The notes under the pieces are model-generated. The model was not told the origin of the DNA. It saw only the letters and a list, made by a program, of their open reading frames with translations, and did no database searches. A stretch of DNA of 64,000 nt from positions 118,420,001-118,484,000 of the forward strand of contig OZ024744.1 of assembly GCA_964016885.1 (NCBI GenBank), written 5' to 3'. Both the position numbers and the translations under genes were made by a program. The first letter of the stretch is position 1. Every line of letters begins with the position of its first letter. Source of the DNA: Eledone cirrhosa (Eukaryota). Below, in pieces: positions 55,001 through 64,000 of the stretch.

Positions 55001-58000
55001 GTTATGAACCCTACATGACCACTTTACAGTGAGGACTGGGTGTTTTTTGTTGTAACACCTACATGACCTTCTTACAGTGTGTACTGTGTACTTTTTGTGA
55101 TGACACCTACGAGACAACTTTACAGTGTATGCTGGGTACGTTTGTTGTTACACGTACATGACCACTTTACAGTGTGTACTGGGTACTTTTGGTTGTGACA
55201 GCTACATGACCACTTTATAGTGTGTACTGGGTACCTTTTGTTGTGACCCCTACATGACCACTTTACAGTGTGGACAGGATACCCTTTGTTGTGGCACCTA
55301 CATGACCACTTTACAGTGTGTACTGGGTACTTTTTGTTGTGAGACTTACATGACCACTTTACAGTGTGTACTGGGTACTTTTTGTTGTGAAACCTACATG
55401 ACAACCTTACAGTGTGTACTGGGTATGTTTTGTTGTGAAACCTACATGACCACTTTACAGTGTATGCTGGGCACGTTTGTTGTGACAGCTACATGACCAC
55501 TTTGCAGTGTGTAGTGGGTACTTTTTGTTGTGACACCTACATGACCACTTTACGGTGTGTACTGGGTACTTTTTGTTGTGACACCTACATGACCACTTTA
55601 CAGTGTGTCTTCGGTACATTTTGTAGTGACACAAACATGACCACTTTACAGTGTGTACTGGGTTCTTTTTGTTGTGACACCTACATGACCACTCTACAGT
55701 GTGAACTGGGTACTTTTTTTGTGATACCTACATGACCTCTTTACAGTGTGTAATGGGTACATTTCATGACACCTACATGACCACTTTAGTCTATATTGGG
55801 TACTTTTTGTGGTAAAACCTACATGACTACTTTACTGGGTATGTTTTGTTGTGACACCTACATGACCACTTTTCAGTGTATGCTGGGTACTTTGTGTTGT
55901 GTCACCTACATGACCACTTTACAGTGTGTACTGGATACTTTTTGTTGTGACACCTACATGACCACTCTACAGTGTGTACTGGGTACTTTTTATTGTGACA
56001 CCTACATGACGAACTTTACAGTGTGTACTAGGTTCTTTTTGTCATGACACCTACATGACCAATTTACAGTGTGTACTCGGTAATTTTGTGGTGACACCTA
56101 CATGACCACTTTACATTTGTACTCGGTACTTTTTGTTGTGACACAAACATGACCACTTTACAGTGTGTACTCTGGTGCTTTTTGTTGTGACACCTACATG
56201 ACCACTTTACAGTGTGTACTAGGTACTTTTTGTTGTGAAACCTACCTGACCACTTTACAGTGTATTGGGTACTTTTTGTGATGACACCTACAAGGCAACT
56301 TTACAGTGTATGCTGGGTACATTTGTTGTGACACCTACATCACCACTTTACAGTGTGTACTGAGTACTTTTGGTTGTGACAGCTACATGACCACTTTACA
56401 GTGTGTACTGGGTACCTTTTGTTGTGATCCCTACATGACCACTTTACAGTGTGGACAGGGTACCCTTTGTTGTGAAACCTACGTGACCACTTTACAGTGT
56501 GTACTGTGTCCTTTTTGTTGTGACACCTACATGACCACTTTACAGTGTGTACTGGGTACATTTCGTCATGACACCTCCATGACCACTTTAGTCTATACTG
56601 GATACTTTTTGTTCTGTCACCTACATGACCACTTTAAAGTGTGTACTGGGTATCTTTTGCTGTGACACCTACATGACTTTCTTACATTGTGGACTGGGTA
56701 CTTTTTGTTCTGACACCTACATGACCACTTTACAGTGTGTACTGGGTACTTTTTGTTGTGACACCTATATGACCATTTTACAGTGTGTACTGGGTACTTT
56801 TTGCTGTGTCCCCTACATGACCACTTTGCAGTGTTTACAGGGTATGTTTTGTTGTGACACCTACATGACCACTTTACAGTGTGTACTGGGTACTTTTTGT
56901 TGTGACCCCTACATGACCACTTTGCAATGTTGACAGTGTTCTTTTTGTTGTGATACCTAGATGACCACTTTACAGTGTGTACTGTGTCCTTTTTGTTCTG
57001 ACATCTACATCTGGGTACTTTTTGTTGTGACACCTACATGACCACTTTACAGTGTGTACTGGGTACCTTTTGTTGTGATCCCTACATGACCACTTTACAG
57101 TGTGGACAGGGTACCCTTTGTTGTGAAACCTACGTGACCACTTTACAGTGTGTACTGTGTCCTTTTTGTTGTGACACCTACATGACCACTTTACAGTGTG
57201 TACTGGGTACATTTCGTCATGACACCTCCATGACCACTTTAGTCTATACTGGATACTTTTTGTTCTGTCACCTACATGACCACTTTAAAGTGTGTACTGG
57301 GTATCTTTTGCTGTGACACCTACATGACTTTCTTACATTGTGGACTGGGTACTTTTTCTTCTGACACCTACATGACCACTTTACAGTGTGTACTGGGTAC
57401 TTTTTGTTGTGACACCTATATGACCATTTTACAGTGTGTACTGGGTACTTTTTGCTGTGTCCCCTACATGACCACTTTGCAGTGTTTACAGGGTATGTTT
57501 TGTTGTGACACCTACATGACCACTTTACAGTGTGTACTGGGTACTTTTTGTTGTGACCCCTACATGACCACTTTGCAATGTTGACAGTGTTCTTTTTGTT
57601 GTGATACCTAGATGACCACTTTACAGTGTGTACTGTGTCCTTTTTGTTCTGACATCTACATCTGGGTACTTTTTGTTGTGACACCTACATGACCACTTTA
57701 CAGTGTGTACTGGGTACCTTTTGTTGTGATCCCTACATGACCACTTTACAGTGTGGACAGGGTACCCTTTGTTGTGAAACCTACGTGACCACTTTACAGT
57801 GTGTACTGTGTCCTTTTTGTTGTGACACCTACATGACCACTTTACAGTGTGTACTGGGTACATTTCGTCATGACACCTCCATGACCACTTTAGTCTATAC
57901 TGGATACTTTTTGTTCTGTCACCTACATGACCACTTTAAAGTGTGTACTGGGTATCTTTTGCTGTGACACCTACATGACTTTCTTACATTGTGGACTGGG

Positions 58001-61000
58001 TACTTTTTGTTCTGACACCTACATGACCACTTTACAGTGTGTACTGGGTACTTTTTGTTGTGACACCTATATGACCATTTTACAGTGTGTACTGGGTACT
58101 TTTTGCTGTGTCCCCTACATGACCACTTTGCAGTGTTTACAGGGTATGTTTTGTTGTGACACCTACATGACCACTTTACAGTGTGTACTGGGTACTTTTT
58201 GTTGTGACCCCTACATGACCACTTTGCAATGTTGACAGTGTTCTTTTTGTTGTGATACCTAGATGACCACTTTACAGTGTGTACTGTGTCCTTTTTGTTC
58301 TGACATCTACATCTGGGTACTTTTTGTTGTGACACCTACATGACCACTTTACAGTGTGTACTGGGTACCTTTTGTTGTGATCCCTACATGACCACTTTAC
58401 AGTGTGGACGGGGTACCCTTTGTTGTGAAACCTACGTGACCACTTTACAGTGTGTACTGTGTCCTTTTTGTTGTGACACCTACATGACCACTTTACAGTG
58501 TGTACTGGGTACATTTCGTCATGACACCTCCATGACCACTTTAGTCTATACTGGATACTTTTTGTTCTGTCACCTACATGACCACTTTAAAGTGTGTACT
58601 GGGTATCTTTTGCTGTGACACCTACATGACTTTCTTACATTGTGGACTGGGTACTTTTTGTTCTGACACCTACATGACCACTTTACAGTGTGTACTGGGT
58701 ACTTTTTGTTGTGACACCTATATGACCATTTTACAGTGTGTACTGGGTACTTTTTGCTGTGTCCCCTACATGACCACTTTGCAGTGTTTACAGGGTATGT
58801 TTTGTTGTGACACCTACATGACCACTTTACAGTGTGTACTGGGTACTTTTTGTTGTGACCCCTACATGACCACTTTGCAATGTTGACAGTGTTCTTTTTG
58901 TTGTGATACCTAGATGACCACTTTACAGTGTGTATTGTGTCCTTTTTGTTCTGACATCTACATCTGGGTACTTTTTGTTGTGACACCTACATGACCACTT
59001 TACAGTGTGTACTGTGTACCTTTTATTGTGACACCTACATGACCACTTCACATTGTGTAATGGGTACTTTTTATTGTGACACCTAAATGACCACTTTACA
59101 TTGTGTACTTGTGAAAGCTATATGACCACTTTACAGTGTATGCTAGGTACGTTTGTTGTGGCACCTACATGACCACTTTACAGTGTGAACTGTGTACATT
59201 TTGTTGTGAAACCTGCATGACCACTTTACAGTGTGTACTGTGTACATTTTGTCATGACACCTACATGATCACTTTAGTCTATTCTGGGTACTTTTTGTTG
59301 TGACGCCCAGATGACCACTTTACAGTGTGGGCTGAGTGTTTTTTGTTGTGACACCTATATGACCACTTTACAGTGTGTACTGGGTACTTTTTGCTGTGTC
59401 ACCTACATGACCACTTTGCAGTTTGTACTGGGTAGGTATGTTTTGTTGTGACACCTACATGACCACTTTACAGTGTGTACTGAGTGTGTTTTGTTGTGAC
59501 ACCTATATGATGACTTTACAGTGGATACTAAGTACTTTTTGTTGTGACACCTACATGATGACTTTACAGTGGATACTGGGTTCTTTTTGTCATGACACCT
59601 ACTTGACTACTTTACAGTGTGTACTGGGTACTTTTTGTTGTGACACCTACATGACCACTTTACAGTGTGTACTGGGTACTTTTTGTTGTGAGACTTACAT
59701 GACCACTTTACAGTGTGTACTGGGTACTTTTTGTTGTGAAACCTACATGACAACCTTACAGTGTGTACTGGGTATGTTTTGTTGTGAAACCTACATGACC
59801 ACTTTACAGTGTATGCTGGGCACGTTTGTTGTGACAGCTACATGACCACTTTGCAGTGTGTAGTGGGTACTTTTTGTTGTGACACCTACATGACCACTTT
59901 ACGGTGTGTACTGGGTAATTTTTTTCATGACACCTACATGACCACTTTACAGTGTGTACTGGGTACTTCTTGTTGTGATACCTACATGACCACTTTACAG
60001 TGTGGACTGGGTACTTTTTGTTGTGACACCTACATGACCACTTTACAGTGTGTACTGGGTACTTTTTGTTCTGATACCTACGTGACCACTTTGCAGTGTG
60101 TACTGGGTACTTTTTGTTGTGGCACCTACATGACCACTCTACAGTGTGTACTGGGAGTTTTGTGGTGATACATAGATGACCACATTACAGTGTGTACTAG
60201 GTACTTTTTGTTGTGACACCTACAAGACCACTTTACAGTGTGTACTGGATACTTTTTGTGGTGACACCTATATGACCACTTTACAGTGCGTACTGGGTAC
60301 ATGTTGTTGTGTCACCTATATGACCACTTTACAGTGTGTACTGGGTACCTTTTATTGTGAGACCTACATCACCACTCTACTGTGTGTACTGGGTACTATT
60401 TGTTGTGAGATTTACATCACCACTTTACAGTGTGTACTGGGTACTTTTTGTCATGACACCTACATGACCACTTTACAGTGTGTACTGCGTACTATTTGTT
60501 GTGACACCTACATCACCACTTTACAGTGTGTACTGGGTACTTTTTGTTGTGTCACATATATGATCACTTTACAGTGTGTACTGGGTACTTTTTGTTGTAA
60601 CACCTACATGAGCACTTTACAGTGTGTACTGGGTACTATTTGTTGTGACACCTACATGACTACTTTACAGTGTATACTGGGTACTTTTTGTCATGACACC
60701 AACATGACGAATTTACAGTGTATGCTGGGTACGTTTGTTGAGACACCTACATGACCACTTTACAGTATGAACTGGGTACCTTTTGTTGTGACACCTGTAT
60801 GACCACTTTACAGTGTGTATTGGGTATATTTTATCGTGACACCTACATGACCACTTTACAGTGTGGACTGTGTACTTTTTGTTGTGTCACCTACATGACC
60901 ACTTTACAGTGAATACTGGGTACTTGTTGTTGTGTCACCTATATGACTACTTTACAGTGTGTACTGGGTACTATTTGTTGTGACACCTACATAACTACTT

Positions 61001-64000
61001 TAGAGTGTGTACTCGGTATTTTTGTTGTGACACAAACATAACCACATTACAGTGTGTACTGGGTACGTTTTGTTGTGAGACCTACATGACCACATTACAG
61101 TGTGAACTGGGTATGTTTTGTTGTGAAACCTACTTGACCACTTTTCAGTGTGTACTGGGTATGATTGTTGTGACACCTACATGACTACTTTAGAGTTTGT
61201 ACTAGGTTGGTTTTGTCATGACACCTACATGACCACTTTACAGTGTGTACTGGGTACTTGTTGTTGTGACCCCTACCTGACCACTTTGCAATGTTGACAG
61301 TGTTCTTTTTGTTGTGATACCTAGATGACCACTTTACAGTGTGTACTGTGTCCTTTTTGTTCTGACATCTACATCTGGGTACTTTTTGTTGTGACACCTA
61401 CATGACCACTTTACAGTGTGTACTGGGTACCTTTTGTTGTGATCCCTACATGACCACTTTACAGTGTGGACAGGGTACCCTTTGTTGTGAAACCTATGTG
61501 ACCACTTTACAGTATGTACTGTGTCCTTTTTGTTGTGACACCTACATGACCACTTTACAGTGTGTACTGGGTACATTTCGTCATGACACCTCCATGACCA
61601 CTTTAGTCTATACTGGATACTTTTTGTTCTGTCACCTACATGACCACTTTAAAGTGTGTACTGGGTATCTTTTGCTGTGACACCTACATGACTTTCTTAC
61701 ATTGTGGACTGGGTACTTTTTGTTCTGACACCTACATGACCACTTTACAGTGTGTACTGGGTACTTTTTGTTGTGACACCTATATGACCATTTTACAGTG
61801 TGTACTGGGTACTTTTTGCTGTGTCCCCTACATGACCACTTTGCAGTGTTTACAGGGTATGTTTTGTTGTGACACCTACATGACCACTTTACAGTGTGTA
61901 CTGGGTACTTTTTGTTGTGACCCCTACATGACCACTTTGCAATGTTGACAGTGTTCTTTTTGTTGTGATACCTAGATGACCACTTTACAGTGTGTACTGT
62001 GTCCTTTTTGTTCTGACATCTACATCTGGGTACTTTTTGTTGTGACACCTACATGACCACTTTACAGTGTGTACTGTGTACCTTTTATTGTGACACCTAC
62101 ATGACCACTTCACATTGTGTAATGGGTACTTTTTATTGTGACACCTAAATGACCACTTTACATTGTGTACTTGTGAAAGCTATATGACCACTTTACAGTG
62201 TATGCTAGGTACGTTTGTTGTGGCACCTACATGACCACTTTACAGTGTGTACTGTGTACATTTTGTCATGACACCTACATGATCACTTTAGTCTATTCTG
62301 GGTACTTTTTGTTGTGACACCCAGATGACCACTTTACAGTGTGGGCTGAGTGTTTTTTGTTGTGACACCTATATGACCACTTTACAGTGTGTACTGGGTA
62401 CTTTTTGCTGTGTCACCTACATGACCACTTTGCAGTATGTACTGGGTAGGTATGTTTTGTTGTGACACCTACATGACCACTTTACAGTGTGTACTGAGTG
62501 TGTTTTGTTGTGACACCTATATGATGACTTTACAGTGGATACTAAGTACTTTTTGTTGTGACACCTACATGATGACTTTACAGTGGATACTGGGTTCTTT
62601 TTGTCATGACACCTACTTGACTACTTTACAGTGTGTACTGGGTACTTTTTGTGTGTCAACTGCATGACCATTTTACAGTGTGTACTATGTATTTTTTGTT
62701 GTGACACCTACATTACCACTTTACAGTGTGTACTGGGTATGTTTTTTTATGACACCTACATGACCACTTTATAGTGTGTACTGGGTACTTTTTGTTGTGA
62801 CACCTACACTACCACTTTACAGTGTGTACTGGGTATGTTTTTTTATGACACCTACATGACCACTTTACAGTGTGTACTGGGTAGTTTTTGTTGTGACACC
62901 AACATGACCACTTTACAGTGTGGACTGGGTATGTTTTGTTCTGACACTAATATGACCACTTTACAGCGTGGAATGAGTACACGTTGCTGTAACCCCTACA
63001 GTGACCACTTTACAGTGTGTACTGGGTACTTTTTGTCATGACACCTACATGACCACTTTACAGTGTGTACTGGGTACTATTTGTTGTGACACCTACATCA
63101 CCACTTTACAGTGTGTACTGGGTACTTTTTGTTGTGTCACATATATTATCACTTTACAGTGTGTACTGGGTACTTTTTGTTGTAACACCTACATGAGCAC
63201 TTTACAGTGTGTACTGGGTACTATTTGTTGTGACACCTACATGACTACTTTACAGTGTATACTGGGTACTTTTTGTCATGACACCAACATGACGAATTTA
63301 CAGTGTATGCTGGGTACGTTTGTTGAGACACCTACATGACCACTTTACAGTATGAACTGGGTACCTTTTGTTGTGACACCTGTATGACCACTTTACAGTG
63401 TGTATTGGGTATATTTTATCGTGACACCTACATGACCACTTTACAGTGTGGACTGTGTACTTTTTGTTGTGTCACCTACATGACCACTTTACAGTGAATA
63501 CTGGGTACTTGTTGTTGTGTCACCTATATGACTACTTTACAGTGTGTACTGGGTACTATTTGTTGTGACACCTACATAACTACTTTAGAGTGTGTACTCG
63601 GTATTTTTGTTGTGACACAAACATAACCACATTACAGTGTGTACTGGGTACGTTTTGTTGTGAGACCTACATGACCACATTACAGTGTGAACTGGGTATG
63701 TTTTGTTGTGAAACCTACTTGACCACTTTTCAGTGTGTACTGGGTATGATTGTTGTGACACCTACATGACTACTTTAGAGTTTGTACTAGGTTGGTTTTG
63801 TCATGACACCTACATGACCACTTTACAGTGCGTACTGGGTACTTGTTGTTGTGTCACCTATGTGACCACTTTAGAGTGTGTACTGGGTACTATTTGTTGT
63901 GACACCTACATGACTACTTTACATTTGTACTCGATACTTTTTGTTGTGAAACAAACATGACCACTTTAGAGTGTGCACTGGGTACTTTTTGTTATGAACC
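52001..64000. repeat. 48-bp satellite, >12 kb (runs off the window), with higher-order repeats
   Basis: Unit gtgacacctacatgaccactttacagtgtgtactgggtactttttgtt; 16-aa repeating ORFs; 651-bp periodicity at 56617/57268/57919/58570. Confidence 0.98.

Noticed and set aside
51997-64000. Cys-rich repeat protein (MTTLQCVLGTFCCDTY)n
   Set aside because: Product of a 48-bp unit divisible by three; frequent frameshifts and stops, and the unit traces to a LINE UTR.

Overview
Repeat-saturated eukaryotic (animal) intergenic or intronic DNA. I found no host gene, tRNA or rRNA. The SINE and LINE mix with (TA)n/(TATG)n richness suggests a coleoid cephalopod, which is an inference. Contents: (i) decayed LINEs of several clades, namely six RTE-clade copies (most retaining a PHD-like Cys/His finger inside RT), one RTE/BovB-like copy ending in three C2H2 fingers, several L1/Tx1 fragments and an R4/Dong-like endonuclease fragment; (ii) a Penelope-like element (RT + GIY-YIG) with a 522-bp inverted terminal duplication; (iii) Helitrons, a hAT MITE, tRNA-type SINEs and RTE-derived bipartite non-autonomous elements; (iv) two satellites, 44 bp x ~50 and a 48-bp array of >12 kb with higher-order structure. 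Two things stand out. First, about 17 type I hammerhead-ribozyme motifs lie in non-coding modules, mostly between (TA)n tracts, and many are back-to-back in 330-415 bp palindromes. Second, both satellites can be traced to RTE LINE sequence in this window: the 48-mer to the 3' UTR and the 44-mer to RT coding sequence. All alignments and foldings were done by eye, and coordinates are approximate to a few bases.
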